Virus record (IMG/VR): IMGVR_UViG_3300031784_000007
DNA from: a virus
Taxonomy: Duplodnaviria; Heunggongvirae; Uroviricota; Caudoviricetes
Direction: 5' to 3' (one strand)
Length of the DNA: 64,000 nt
A program made the position numbers and the translations under genes. The notes beneath the pieces are model-generated. The model searched no databases and had not been told where the DNA came from. It saw nothing but the letters and a program-made list of their open reading frames with translations. Positions 20,299-30,686 of the stretch are shown in pieces (position 1 is the stretch's first letter; each line of letters begins with the position of its first letter).

Positions 20299-20511
20299 AT
20301 GTTATTTAAAAAAACTAAAACCGAACCAAATTTGATTGAATTTCGTAAAGCTTGTGTTGTTATTAACTCTTGTAAGACCTATGCTCAATTAAAAATTGCA
20401 ATTAATTATGCAAATCTTTATTACGTCAAAAATAAAGATTTTACCACCCACCAACATTTAATGAAATTGGTGTCCAAAAAACTTCAAGAAACGAAATTAG
20501 TTAAAGTTTGA
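20299..20511 (+). CDS. small hypothetical protein
   Basis: 70-aa ORF; TATTTATCTTTG promoter-like box about 50 nt upstream. Confidence 0.3.
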   Translation: MLFKKTKTEPNLIEFRKACVVINSCKTYAQLKIAINYANLYYVKNKDFTTHQHLMKLVSKKLQETKLVKV

Positions 20512-21201
20512 GAATCTCTTGAACCAATTCAAAGATTCTTTAATTGAATCTTTAACTTTTTCAGGATTTTCAACACCCTCAAAAGTATTTGTTGCGCCAT
20601 AAGGACCTGGTGAATCAAATTCGTATGCTGGTTTTTCTTCAGGGTACATTTCTTTACCATCTTCCATGTCGCCGTTGAGTTTTACCATTCCTAAAAAATT
20701 TCCATCAGAATCATAAGAAGGAAATAATTCCTCACCACCAGCTTGCATGTCTTCATCTTCAAATTGTTCAGGTCCTTTTGAATCAAAATCATAATTAGAA
20801 AAATCAATTTCAGAATAAGGTTCAGTAATATCTTCATTCATGTAACTTTCACCACACACTTCGCAAACATCTTCTTGAATAGAACCACCACACGCTTCAC
20901 ACATTTTGTTCTCAACGTAATCAAACGAACCGTAGTGTGGTTCAGCAACATCACTATTCATTGATTCATTAATACCCACATTGGTATATCGTTTAACTTC
21001 ACCTTTGTTATTAACAGTGATTCCCGCTTTATCACCAGCAGGGTCATAAGTATGAATTCTATTGTCAGGTTCAGGGAATCTTAATGTTTGATAACCATCA
21101 TATGGTCTGCTATGTTGGTTTAATAGGGCTTGTTTTTCTTCATCAGAAATGTTTAACATGTATCTCATACACAATAAATATCTTATTTGTTTAAAATCCA
21201 C
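20497..21201 (-). CDS. hypothetical acidic protein with CxxC...CxxC zinc-ribbon
   Basis: CEACGGSIQEDVCEVCGESY. Confidence 0.45.
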   Translation of the reverse strand: MDFKQIRYLLCMRYMLNISDEEKQALLNQHSRPYDGYQTLRFPEPDNRIHTYDPAGDKAGITVNNKGEVKRYTNVGINESMNSDVAEPHYGSFDYVENKMCEACGGSIQEDVCEVCGESYMNEDITEPYSEIDFSNYDFDSKGPEQFEDEDMQAGGEELFPSYDSDGNFLGMVKLNGDMEDGKEMYPEEKPAYEFDSPGPYGATNTFEGVENPEKVKDSIKESLNWFKRFSNFN

Positions 21202-21333
21202 TTGATTATAATTTTAATCTTTATTACAATTTCACTACAGGGTAAGGAAATGGTGATTTGAGTCTAAAAGCATCTTGGTAATTTGTAAAAGCCCTAAATT
21301 CCATTTCCCCCTTTTTTTGACCGAAAAAAACAA

Positions 21334-21729
21334 ATGAAAAATATATTTCTATCCCTATTATTGTTGTTATCAACAAGTCTATTTGGTCAATACACGACCA
21401 CACAAATCCGAACAAATACGGTATCAACATCAAAAATGATATTCAACTATCAAACTGATAAATGGGATTTTGTATCAAACAATGATTACACATCATTTGT
21501 TAGTGATTGGACTTTCAACATAACTGATGAAAACACAGGAATGATTTCAAATGGAGGTGTCAATTATGATATCTTATCATATTCAAAAGTTGATGATGCC
21601 GCTTACGTCAAAGTATTCAACATTAGGGCACAAAGAGTCATGGAAATAGTTATAAGAAAAACTGAAAATGGTCTTGGTATTGTTGTATTTGATAAGGAAC
21701 AAAGAATATCATATTATTTTTTCCCATGA
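21334..21729 (+). CDS. secreted hypothetical protein (signal peptide MKNIFLSLLLLLSTSLFGQ)
   Basis: N-terminal hydrophobic signal of the Bacteroidetes type. Confidence 0.45.
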   Translation: MKNIFLSLLLLLSTSLFGQYTTTQIRTNTVSTSKMIFNYQTDKWDFVSNNDYTSFVSDWTFNITDENTGMISNGGVNYDILSYSKVDDAAYVKVFNIRAQRVMEIVIRKTENGLGIVVFDKEQRISYYFFP

Positions 21730-22022
21730 GTTTTACAATAGATTTAGATGAATATGCCGAAGGAGCCATTTTGTTAGATGGACTTGAGGAGGCGATTATT
21801 GGAATTGTTGAGGAATTTGGAAATGGTAGACGAATCTTATATTCCAAACCAAAAATACTATCAATATTATGTGAAAGAGATTTGATGACAATGGGTGAGG
21901 CCGAAGAATTTTACGATTATAACATTTTAGGTTTACATGCTGGTGAACAAAATGCGGTATTCCTTGATGTTGATGTGTCCGTAAAAAAAACAGGAGAAGG
22001 TTACAAGTATTTGGTTAGTTAA
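21726..22022 (+). CDS. hypothetical protein
   Basis: 98-aa ORF; start overlaps the previous stop (ATGA). Confidence 0.4.
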   Translation: MSFTIDLDEYAEGAILLDGLEEAIIGIVEEFGNGRRILYSKPKILSILCERDLMTMGEAEEFYDYNILGLHAGEQNAVFLDVDVSVKKTGEGYKYLVS

Positions 22023-22033
22023 AATTTTAATAC

Positions 22034-22041
22034 TATCTTTG
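22034..22041 (+). promoter_or_regulatory. -7 promoter box TAtcTTTG immediately before ATG 22046 (near-leaderless)
   Basis: TAnnTTTG 5 nt before the start codon. Confidence 0.4.
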
Positions 22042-22045
22042 TGGT

Positions 22046-22696
22046 ATGAAATTGATTTTAGAAAAAGGTCAGCAGTTATTTTTCACGAGTGATACACATT
22101 ATTCTCACTCTAATATCTGCCGTGCAACAACTCGTTGGGCTGGTTCTGAAAACTTAACCCGTGATTTCAAGTCTCTTGACCACATGAATGACACATTGGT
22201 AAATAACATCAACGAAATGGTTGGTGAAAATGATGTTTTGATTCACTTAGGTGACTGGTCTTTTGGCGGGTTTGAACAAATTGAAGAGTTTCGTAACAGA
22301 ATTTTATGTAAAAATGTTCACTTGGTTTATGGAAACCACGACCATCACATTCGTAGAAACAAAGAGAATGTTCAAAGTTTGTTCACATCAACTCAAGATT
22401 ATATCCACTTGGATTTAAGAATCCCAAACGGAAAAGAAATGGACAAACTTTCAATTGTATGTATGCACTACCCAATTGCAAGTTGGAACGGAATGAACGA
22501 TGGTGTAATTCACTTACACGGTCACGTTCACTTACCTCCACACCTTAGAATTAACGATGGTAAGGCAATGGACGTGGGTGTTGATGGTAACAACTTGTAT
22601 CCAATTAACATCAAAGAAATTCGTTCAATTATGAAAGACCGACCACACAAAAAATTGACATTACCTAAAGACCATCACGAAAAAAGAATTGACTAA
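22046..22696 (+). CDS. calcineurin-like metallophosphoesterase (candidate RNA/DNA 3'-phosphatase of a repair module)
   Basis: LIHLGDW, GNHDHH, LHGHVH motifs. Confidence 0.7.
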   Translation: MKLILEKGQQLFFTSDTHYSHSNICRATTRWAGSENLTRDFKSLDHMNDTLVNNINEMVGENDVLIHLGDWSFGGFEQIEEFRNRILCKNVHLVYGNHDHHIRRNKENVQSLFTSTQDYIHLDLRIPNGKEMDKLSIVCMHYPIASWNGMNDGVIHLHGHVHLPPHLRINDGKAMDVGVDGNNLYPINIKEIRSIMKDRPHKKLTLPKDHHEKRID

Positions 22697-23129
22697 TATG
22701 ACAACTTATACATCAGCAGGAAAAAACCTTTATCTATTACGTGGAATACCAGGGGCTGGTAAATCCACCTTGGCAAAACAACTTGGTTGTACTCATTTTG
22801 AGACCGATAAATATTTTACGGATATTCATGGAAACTACAATTTTGATGGATTAAAATTAAAACAAGCACATGAGTGGTGTCAATCTCAAGTTGAGATGGC
22901 AATGATTCAAAATCATATTACAAGTGGTTTGGATTCATCTGACATTGTTGTTTCCAACACATTTACACAAGAGTGGGAAATGAAACATTACTATGATTTG
23001 GCAAGTCAATATGGGTATAAGGTATTCAGTATAATTGTGGAAAACAGGCATGGTGGTGTTAATGAACACGGAGTACCTGAGGACAAATTACAGGCAATGA
23101 AAGACCGATTTGAAGTTAAATTAGTTTAA
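22689..23129 (+). CDS. P-loop kinase, polynucleotide-kinase-like
   Basis: Walker A LLRGIPGAGKSTLAKQL; 146 aa; overlaps the phosphoesterase gene (operon). Confidence 0.5.
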   Translation: MTNMTTYTSAGKNLYLLRGIPGAGKSTLAKQLGCTHFETDKYFTDIHGNYNFDGLKLKQAHEWCQSQVEMAMIQNHITSGLDSSDIVVSNTFTQEWEMKHYYDLASQYGYKVFSIIVENRHGGVNEHGVPEDKLQAMKDRFEVKLV

Positions 23130-23145
23130 TAAAAATAACTATTTA

Positions 23146-23176
23146 AAATCCCCATCAAAAGTGGGGATTTTTTTTA
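23146..23176 (+). terminator. intrinsic terminator (ATCCCCA / TGGGGAT plus T-run)
   Basis: 7-bp stem, 7-nt loop, 8 T residues. Confidence 0.65.
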
Positions 23177-23223
23177 CACTCAGAATACCTTTTTGTACAT
23201 AATATTGTCTATACTTATAAGAT

Positions 23224-26200
23224 ATGAAAAAATTATTACTTTTAATGATGTTCTTGTTCAGTTTTTTAACTGTTCAGGCAACCCACATGATGGGTGCAGA
23301 TGTTTCCTACAAATGTTTAGGAAATGGAAAGTACAAAATAATTGCTAAAGTTTACCGAGATTGTAGAGGTGTGTCTATGGGTACACCGTCATTTGGCACT
23401 TATGCAGGATTAAATGGTGGAAATGGATGTGGTAGTTACACATTAAGTGGACTATCAAGGGTTTCAATTAAAGACGTAACAACAAGATGTTCAACAAGTA
23501 GTAATCCATGTGGTACCGCAAATTCCGCCTTTGCGAATAAAGGTGTTGAAGAACACACATTTGAAGCCACGATTGATTTTAATACGTCACCATTAAACAA
23601 TTTTGTAAATAAATCAACATGTTGTGAGGTTACATTTTATGTGAATGAGTGCTGTAGAAATGGTGGTATTACAACAGGACAGTCAAATCAAAACTTTTAC
23701 GCCACGGCAATGGTTAACATTTGTAACCTTCAAAAAATGAAGAACAAGTGTAACAGTTCACCACAATTATCTAACCCACCTATTGCCTTTTTATGTTGTA
23801 ATCAACCTTGGTATTACAATAATGGTGCGACTGACACAATAGATTATGATTCAATTTCATATAAGTTAGTAAATGGGCTTCAGGGTATTCCTAACAGTTC
23901 AGTTTCATATTCATCACCATTTACTGCTAGAGTGCCTATGACACCGTATTGTGTACCACCAACGACAATTAACTGTACACCAAACCCAAAAACAAACCCA
24001 CCAAGAGGTTTTTATTTTGATACAACAAATGGTGATATTATTACAACACCAACCAAATGTGATGAATCTGCGGTTATATGTGTTGAACAAACTGAATGGA
24101 GAAAAGACACGTCTGGTGTATGGCGTGTAATTGGTAGAACAAGACGTGACATGCAGGTATGGGTTAGGGATGATTGTGGATATAACAAAGCACCGACTTT
24201 GGGTCCCAAGTTTACTTACAAAGTATGTGAGGGTGAAACTTTGAAGTTTAAGGTTGAATCTGATGATGAAACTTTTACACCATATCAGACAACTCCTGAT
24301 ACAACAACAATGAAATGGAACAACGGTATTCCTGGCGCGAAGTTTACATTGGCGAATAAGAGTGATTGGCCAGAAAAAAGAAAGTCTTACGCAAACTTTG
24401 AATGGACACCGCCAATTGGTTCGGCTTCTGATATATCATATTCATTTACAGTTACCGTTAGTGACGAACACTGTGAACCACCAGCAACATCAATTCGTTC
24501 ATTTAAGATTAAGGTAAATCCAAAACCTACATCAAAACGTAGATATACCCAATTAAAATGTGGAAGGTTCGCCATGGAAGCGTATGAGTTATATGCCGCA
24601 ACAAGTTATTCATGGAGTGTTAGAGATACTTTGGCGAACGAGTTATTTTACTCTTCAAAGAAAACCGATACCATGAATTACTATTATGAAGGTAAGTATA
24701 TTATCATTCATAAATTAACAAGTGCCCAATCATGTGTTACGATTTATAGTGATACCGTTTATTTAACCCAACCACCAAAAGTTGTATTGGCAGATGCTGA
24801 TAGTTTTGCTTGTAAAGAAACTACATTTACATTGAAGGCTAAAGTAATTGCTGGTAAACCTACTTTGAAATACAAATGGAATAATGGTGATACCACCGAT
24901 TTCACAACGATTAAAAACTTCAAATCCGATTCAACATTGATGTTGGAAGTAACTGATGGTGATGGTTGTAAGTTCCGTGATACCACATTAACATTTGTTA
25001 AACCACTACCTGTTATTACTTTGGGTTCAGATAAGGTTATCTGTACCTATGAAACTAATACATTTGATGGTCAAAACAATGACACGGTAAAATACTTGTG
25101 GAGTACGGGTGATACAACTCGTTACATGACAACAAACCTAAAAGGTAGTTATTGGGTTAGAATTACTGATACGACATATCAGTGTGTGAAGTATGACACG
25201 GCAATACTTGTTGTGAATGATACTGTCATATCTAATGCTGGACCTAACCAATCAATATGTGATAAAGATACATTCACCTTGACTGCCAATCATAAACCAA
25301 CATCATTGACTCCTACATATACTTGGGGTGGATTAGGGAATTTATCAACCTATAAGTTAAAATCTGATATTACAAAGTTAACTTATATGTTTACATTGAA
25401 GACGGTGTTGACTCAAAACGGGCACACTTGTGAAGATATGGATACAATTTTTGTAAGGGTTAAACCATTACCAAAAATTGGTTGGGACCCAAAACCATTG
25501 AAACCTCAATGTTATTCTTATGGTAGTGTATGGATGGAACCATTCTTGGTTAAACCTCATAACTTTGGAACATATGAAATATGGAGCGGAAACAAAAATA
25601 AAATAGGAAACATTGTTACGAATCCATCTAACGGAAGGTTCCTATTCAACACAATATCAGTAGATAATAGTAAATTACAAGGAGGTAATAACTTTACTAC
25701 AAAAGTTTATGTTAAGTTTAACGATACAAATGGTTGTTCAAACATGGATTCAACAACACAAACAATATATGGTACACCCATTATCCAATTAAGAAAGGCG
25801 ACAGTATGTCAAGATATTGGGTCAATGATGATGGACAATTTGAGAGTAAGACCAGCAACCAAAAATGGTGTGAACATGTTATGGGAAGTTGTTAGAGCAC
25901 CTAATGGTGTGGACACATCTAAACTACTTTATAATATTTCTACGAACTCAATTCCAAACATTAGATTTAACTTTGGTGCACCTTCACAGGATTATTACAA
26001 AGGTTTGTACACTTTCAAACTTACCGTTAAAGATTTAATTACGGGTTGTCAAAGTACCGACACTGTTGATGTAAATATCATTACAGAACCTAAAGTTGAA
26101 TTGACAACCATACCTCTTTATTGTGAAAATTCAGGTGTGAGTATTAATTTATTTGATTACATTTTGGTGGATGGTGTTAAACCTACTCAAGGTACCATCT

Positions 26201-27759
26201 TTATTCAGGATAGGAATGGTGATAGAAATGACCCTAAAGTATCTACAGATATATCAACAGGTATATTCAAAACTAGTATAGGTGTAGGTAATTATAACAT
26301 TAAGTTTGTAAGTAACCTTATAGCTCCTGACCATTCAGTTACTTGTTCAAGAGTGGATAGTTTTGATGTGATTATTAGTTATAAACCTGACCTGAAAGTA
26401 ATAGGTATGGGTTTTTGTTCAACATATCCTTGGCCATATGAATTGAAAAATGTAATAACCGATGGTAGTTGGGGTGTGACAAAAATCACTTACCCTGATG
26501 GGGGACTTTTTACACCAACACCGAAGGCTAAAGGATATATCGGAGGTTTTAATAATCCTTACAAACTTATGATGGTTGGTGAAAGTCAATATGGTTGTAA
26601 AGATACTGAGATATTAAAACTAACAGTAATGAACCAACCTGAAATTAAGTTTGTTCCACCATTTGTGAGTTGTGGTAAAGATACTTGGACTCTAAAATTA
26701 GACACTGCAAACATTGACTCCGCAGTTAAATTCAGATGGGTAGTTAATACTAATCTTTATGATACTCTAACACCTCCTGGTGGTCAAATGATTGGTAACA
26801 AAAGAGGTTTTGGTAAAAAACAATACGTACCATCTGATAATGATACTGCAAGAGGATACTTTACGGTTAAATTCAAATCTTGGGACGCACCACTTTGTGC
26901 TAGAGTAATTGACAGTGTCAAGATTTTAATCACACCTTATCCTGAACCTGACTTCACCACAACAAATGGATGTCAACCACATTTTTCAACATTCACACCG
27001 ACTGAAAAACGCGGAATTAAATCAATTGAGTATTCGTGGGTTGTAAATGATACATTCTTACTAAGAGATAATTTTAGTTGGTCAAAAACTTTTAATAACT
27101 TTGGTTATTATAGAACATCATTAACAGCGGTTAATAACACGTTCTTTCCTGAAAAGATATGTGGAACATCTATAACAAAAACATTTGAAGTTTATCCAAA
27201 ACCAAGTGTTGTGTTTACTACTGACCCATTGTACAAAACAACGGTGGCATTACCTAAGTTTAAAACTATTAATACATCAAGTGTTAGTCAGAATCCATTT
27301 GTGACTAATATGAAGTACAATTGGACTTGGGGTAAATTATTTAAGATTGGTAGTGATACATTTAAGAATTCAAACATTGTATTTGGTAAAGATACGGGAA
27401 CTTATTGGATTAAGTTAGTTGTTACAACAGATAAAGGATGTAAAGACTCAACAATTAGTAGAGTACTAATTGGGCCTGACATAATTGTGTTTGTTCCTGA
27501 CGCTTTCACACCTGACAATGCAGGTCCAAATGAAAACAATACATTCAAACCATTCGTTATTAATAATAAAACATACGAAATGTTAATCTTTAACCGTTGG
27601 GGAGAAAAAATGTTTGAAACAACTGACCTTTCAAAAGGATGGGATGGAAACTATTTGGGTAAACCAGCACCCGATGGTGTATATGTGTATAAGATGATTG
27701 TAACTTCATTGGAAGATAAGGTTTTCCAATATAATGGAACTTTTACATTATTAAGATAA
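23224..27759 (+). CDS. giant Cys-rich cell-surface protein with signal peptide and T9SS type-B C-terminal domain (gliding-motility-associated CTD)
   Basis: 1511 aa; N-terminal signal MKKLLLLMMFLFSFLTVQA; C-terminus FVPDAFTPDNAGPNENNTFKPF...FNRWGEKMFET...GWDGNYLGKPAPDGVYVYKMIV matches the type-B CTD pattern (PNAFTPNGDGiND...NRWGe.vF...WdG...G.Y.Y). Confidence 0.8.
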   Translation: MKKLLLLMMFLFSFLTVQATHMMGADVSYKCLGNGKYKIIAKVYRDCRGVSMGTPSFGTYAGLNGGNGCGSYTLSGLSRVSIKDVTTRCSTSSNPCGTANSAFANKGVEEHTFEATIDFNTSPLNNFVNKSTCCEVTFYVNECCRNGGITTGQSNQNFYATAMVNICNLQKMKNKCNSSPQLSNPPIAFLCCNQPWYYNNGATDTIDYDSISYKLVNGLQGIPNSSVSYSSPFTARVPMTPYCVPPTTINCTPNPKTNPPRGFYFDTTNGDIITTPTKCDESAVICVEQTEWRKDTSGVWRVIGRTRRDMQVWVRDDCGYNKAPTLGPKFTYKVCEGETLKFKVESDDETFTPYQTTPDTTTMKWNNGIPGAKFTLANKSDWPEKRKSYANFEWTPPIGSASDISYSFTVTVSDEHCEPPATSIRSFKIKVNPKPTSKRRYTQLKCGRFAMEAYELYAATSYSWSVRDTLANELFYSSKKTDTMNYYYEGKYIIIHKLTSAQSCVTIYSDTVYLTQPPKVVLADADSFACKETTFTLKAKVIAGKPTLKYKWNNGDTTDFTTIKNFKSDSTLMLEVTDGDGCKFRDTTLTFVKPLPVITLGSDKVICTYETNTFDGQNNDTVKYLWSTGDTTRYMTTNLKGSYWVRITDTTYQCVKYDTAILVVNDTVISNAGPNQSICDKDTFTLTANHKPTSLTPTYTWGGLGNLSTYKLKSDITKLTYMFTLKTVLTQNGHTCEDMDTIFVRVKPLPKIGWDPKPLKPQCYSYGSVWMEPFLVKPHNFGTYEIWSGNKNKIGNIVTNPSNGRFLFNTISVDNSKLQGGNNFTTKVYVKFNDTNGCSNMDSTTQTIYGTPIIQLRKATVCQDIGSMMMDNLRVRPATKNGVNMLWEVVRAPNGVDTSKLLYNISTNSIPNIRFNFGAPSQDYYKGLYTFKLTVKDLITGCQSTDTVDVNIITEPKVELTTIPLYCENSGVSINLFDYILVDGVKPTQGTIFIQDRNGDRNDPKVSTDISTGIFKTSIGVGNYNIKFVSNLIAPDHSVTCSRVDSFDVIISYKPDLKVIGMGFCSTYPWPYELKNVITDGSWGVTKITYPDGGLFTPTPKAKGYIGGFNNPYKLMMVGESQYGCKDTEILKLTVMNQPEIKFVPPFVSCGKDTWTLKLDTANIDSAVKFRWVVNTNLYDTLTPPGGQMIGNKRGFGKKQYVPSDNDTARGYFTVKFKSWDAPLCARVIDSVKILITPYPEPDFTTTNGCQPHFSTFTPTEKRGIKSIEYSWVVNDTFLLRDNFSWSKTFNNFGYYRTSLTAVNNTFFPEKICGTSITKTFEVYPKPSVVFTTDPLYKTTVALPKFKTINTSSVSQNPFVTNMKYNWTWGKLFKIGSDTFKNSNIVFGKDTGTYWIKLVVTTDKGCKDSTISRVLIGPDIIVFVPDAFTPDNAGPNENNTFKPFVINNKTYEMLIFNRWGEKMFETTDLSKGWDGNYLGKPAPDGVYVYKMIVTSLEDKVFQYNGTFTLLR

Positions 27760-27760
27760 T

Positions 27761-27967
27761 ATGAAGCTACATAAAATAATTTTGGCATGTATTTTATTAG
27801 TAGGGTGTGAAAAAGAACCAATACAAATAAACCCACCTAAAATTTTAAATAATTACCAAAATGAAGTTAAAACAATTTCTAAACCTAATTCAAAAAAGCG
27901 TAAATTGGGTAAAAGAACATTCCGTATTCCAAAAATTCTAAAAACAAAAACTAAAAACTATTTATAA
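27761..27967 (+). CDS. small lipoprotein (lipobox LLVGC)
   Basis: MKLHKIILACILLVGCEKEP. Confidence 0.35.
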   Translation: MKLHKIILACILLVGCEKEPIQINPPKILNNYQNEVKTISKPNSKKRKLGKRTFRIPKILKTKTKNYL

Positions 27968-27977
27968 ATAAAAAAAC

Positions 27978-28703
27978 ATGAAAAAAATAATATTATCGCT
28001 CGTTTTAGTTGGTATGATTGGTTTTATGGGTTGTGAAAAAGAACCTATACCAACACCAAACCCAACAGTTAATCTTTTGGTAGATGAAGAACCAAACGCT
28101 GTAGTAGATTCTATGGGTACCGTTATCTTTGATAACCCAATGACATCTGACATAACACCAACAACTGATGCAACAATAATGGATTATCCATTATTTTTGG
28201 ATTACGACCCATTTACAATGGTTACATCAAGAACTGGTAAAATTGATTCTTGTGTAAAAGGTATTGAAGTTACAAAGGCCGAAAAAGAACTTTTAACTAA
28301 GGCTCATTTAAATAAAGTTGAATGTCAAAAACAAAACAAAATAATTGTTGCAAGAATTAATAGAGAAATTGAAGGTTGGGCTAAAACACAAAAATATAAT
28401 TATTATGTAAATTGGTATATGGTTGAAAAATCAAAATTAGATTATGATTTAAAAATGGGTGTAATAACTGAATCCCAATATAAAGAAAAACTTACCACTT
28501 TAGAAAAAACATGGAAAAGTAAAATGTCCTATTTAAATAATCAGGTAAAAGAAAAAATCAAAACAAGTTTGGATAGAGCAACTGCGTGTGGTAAAATAAA
28601 AGATTGTGAAAAGGAGTATCTACATAAGGTGTTAGATATACTTGGTAAATCAAGATATAAGAAATGGATGGAGTGTCACAAACATAACTACAAAAAGAAA
28701 TAA
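27978..28703 (+). CDS. lipoprotein (lipobox FMGC)
   Basis: MKKIILSLVLVGMIGFMGCEKEP; 241 aa. Confidence 0.5.
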   Translation: MKKIILSLVLVGMIGFMGCEKEPIPTPNPTVNLLVDEEPNAVVDSMGTVIFDNPMTSDITPTTDATIMDYPLFLDYDPFTMVTSRTGKIDSCVKGIEVTKAEKELLTKAHLNKVECQKQNKIIVARINREIEGWAKTQKYNYYVNWYMVEKSKLDYDLKMGVITESQYKEKLTTLEKTWKSKMSYLNNQVKEKIKTSLDRATACGKIKDCEKEYLHKVLDILGKSRYKKWMECHKHNYKKK

Positions 28704-28708
28704 AAATA

Positions 28709-28741
28709 AGACCCAAGATTTGATTATCTTGGGTTTTTTTA
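28709..28741 (+). terminator. intrinsic terminator (ACCCAAGAT / ATCTTGGGT plus T-run)
   Basis: 9-bp stem followed by 7 T residues. Confidence 0.7.
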
Positions 28742-28754
28742 TTATTATGCGGTT

Positions 28755-29435
28755 ATGAAAAAAAATATAATAGGAATTATCCTTTTAATTATTCTAATAA
28801 TTTTAAGTTTTATAGGTATTAGTTCAACCCTATATTCAAAACCCAATTTACCAAATGATACAATCATTGTAATACCAAAAGTTCAAGATACCGTTGTTAA
28901 TATTAACGGAAAATATGGAACTTTTATTGGTGATTCACACACATCAAATCATAATTCAGGATGGCAAGTTGTTGTTTGTAAAAAAACAGGTCTAAGAATG
29001 AATAATCTATCAGTTTCAGGTAAGACAACAGGTTGGATGCTTGAAACCGCAAAAACATCACTACATAAGGGTATTGATTATTGTTTTGTTTATGGTGGTG
29101 CCAACGATATGTTCACAAAATCAATAACACCTAAACGAGCAGTTTCTAATATTCAACAAATTGTTGACTTATGTCATACATATAACATTCGTTGTGTGGT
29201 TTTAACAGGTTTTGACCCTGTTAAATGTACAAGGACATCAAATCCCGCTTATGGTCCAAGATACGCTCAGTTTCAAAAAATGTTAATGGATTCAATATCA
29301 GGTGCAACTGTTGTTGATACACGTGTAATTGATAGAACAGGATGTTGGGACGAATTATGTCATATGAACCCTGAAGGTCACAAAAAAATTGGAATGAAAG
29401 TAATTCATGACATGAAATTTCATATTATCAGATAA
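28755..29435 (+). CDS. SGNH/GDSL-family hydrolase (esterase) with N-terminal membrane anchor
   Basis: FIGDSHT (GDS block I), GGANDM (block III), DELCHMNPEGH (DxxH block V). Confidence 0.6.
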   Translation: MKKNIIGIILLIILIILSFIGISSTLYSKPNLPNDTIIVIPKVQDTVVNINGKYGTFIGDSHTSNHNSGWQVVVCKKTGLRMNNLSVSGKTTGWMLETAKTSLHKGIDYCFVYGGANDMFTKSITPKRAVSNIQQIVDLCHTYNIRCVVLTGFDPVKCTRTSNPAYGPRYAQFQKMLMDSISGATVVDTRVIDRTGCWDELCHMNPEGHKKIGMKVIHDMKFHIIR

Positions 29436-29441
29436 TTTTAT

Positions 29442-29449
29442 TATCTTTG
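29442..29449 (+). promoter_or_regulatory. -7 promoter box TAtcTTTG ending 5 nt before GTG 29454 (leaderless-type start)
   Basis: TAnnTTTG; no ATG is available in frame before codon 2. Confidence 0.4.
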
Positions 29450-29453
29450 TATT

Positions 29454-30485
29454 GTGTTACCTAAATTAAACAAATATCACAATGATGGACTGTTATATAA
29501 ACAGACACATCCTACATTACCGTTAACCATATGGAATTATACACCAGCGGTTCAATACGGTGAAAAGTGGGATGAAGTAACTTTACAGTGCCGTGGTTTA
29601 GTGACTGGTACTGAAGGTAATGTAGTTGCAAGACCATTTAAAAAATTCTTCAACATAGAAGAAAACAAACACACACCTACCCAAGATTTTGAGGTATTTG
29701 ATAAGATGGATGGTTCATTGGGAATCATATTCAAGTACAATGGTGAAATGATATGTGCCACTCGTGGTTCTTTTACCTCAGACCAATCAAAGTGGATGAG
29801 TGAGTTCGCTCAAAAGTACAATTACCAAGACATCATAGTTGAAGGGTTCACTTATTTGTTTGAAATCATCTACCCTGAAAATAGAATAGTTGTTAATTAT
29901 GATGGTCAAGAAAGATTGGTATTGTTAGGTATCATCAATACTGAGACAGGTGAAGAACTTCCACACAATGAGTTGTTTGAAGGGTTTGACGTTGTCAAAA
30001 AATACGATGGAGTTCGGGATTATTCCGAATTAAAGGGTAAAGTTGAGCAAAACTCTGAAGGATTTGTTGTTCGTTTTTCTAACGGAGACCGAATGAAAAT
30101 TAAAGGTGAGGAATATCTACGACTTCATAAGATAATGACAAATGTATCAACCACTGGTGTTTGGGAATTGTTATCTAATGGTGGCGACATCAATGAGTTC
30201 TTAAAGGACGTACCTGATGAATTTTATAAGAAAGTAAAAGATTATGCGGATTTATTGAAGTATGGGTTTTACCGAGTATCTGAAGATTGTGGAAAGGCAC
30301 ACTATTACTTCAGATATGGAAAATATAGTGATAAAGAAATTGAACCAACTAAAAAACAGTTCGCAGAACATGTTATGAATCATGGACATCCACCATACAG
30401 AGCGGTGATGTTCGCCATGTGGGATGGAAAACCTTATGATAAATTGATATGGAACATAATAAAACCAGAATGGAAGAAACTGTAA
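29454..30485 (+). CDS. ATP-dependent RNA ligase, T4 Rnl1-like (nucleotidyltransferase motifs I, IV, V)
   Basis: Motif I FDKMDGSLGII (compare Rnl1 KEDGSL), motif IV EGFVVRF, motif V RMKIKG; 343 aa. Confidence 0.6.
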   Translation: MLPKLNKYHNDGLLYKQTHPTLPLTIWNYTPAVQYGEKWDEVTLQCRGLVTGTEGNVVARPFKKFFNIEENKHTPTQDFEVFDKMDGSLGIIFKYNGEMICATRGSFTSDQSKWMSEFAQKYNYQDIIVEGFTYLFEIIYPENRIVVNYDGQERLVLLGIINTETGEELPHNELFEGFDVVKKYDGVRDYSELKGKVEQNSEGFVVRFSNGDRMKIKGEEYLRLHKIMTNVSTTGVWELLSNGGDINEFLKDVPDEFYKKVKDYADLLKYGFYRVSEDCGKAHYYFRYGKYSDKEIEPTKKQFAEHVMNHGHPPYRAVMFAMWDGKPYDKLIWNIIKPEWKKL

Positions 30486-30682
30486 CCCGTGAAGAAATGG
30501 TTTCATTGGTCAAATCACGTGGATGGTATTCTATGTGGAATGAAAACAATTGGAATAGTCCTGAGACTGATAATTTAGATTGGGGTGGGCGGTCTTTGAA
30601 AGCCGCCTACCAACAATGTCTTGATGATATTGAAATGGAAGAACGAGTTAAACAAGGAAAAACAATAAAAATTAAAATATAA
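30449..30682 (+). CDS. small hypothetical protein (overlaps the ligase 3' end)
   Basis: 77-aa ORF. Confidence 0.3.
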   Translation: MEHNKTRMEETVTREEMVSLVKSRGWYSMWNENNWNSPETDNLDWGGRSLKAAYQQCLDDIEMEERVKQGKTIKIKI

Positions 30683-30686
30683 AGTT

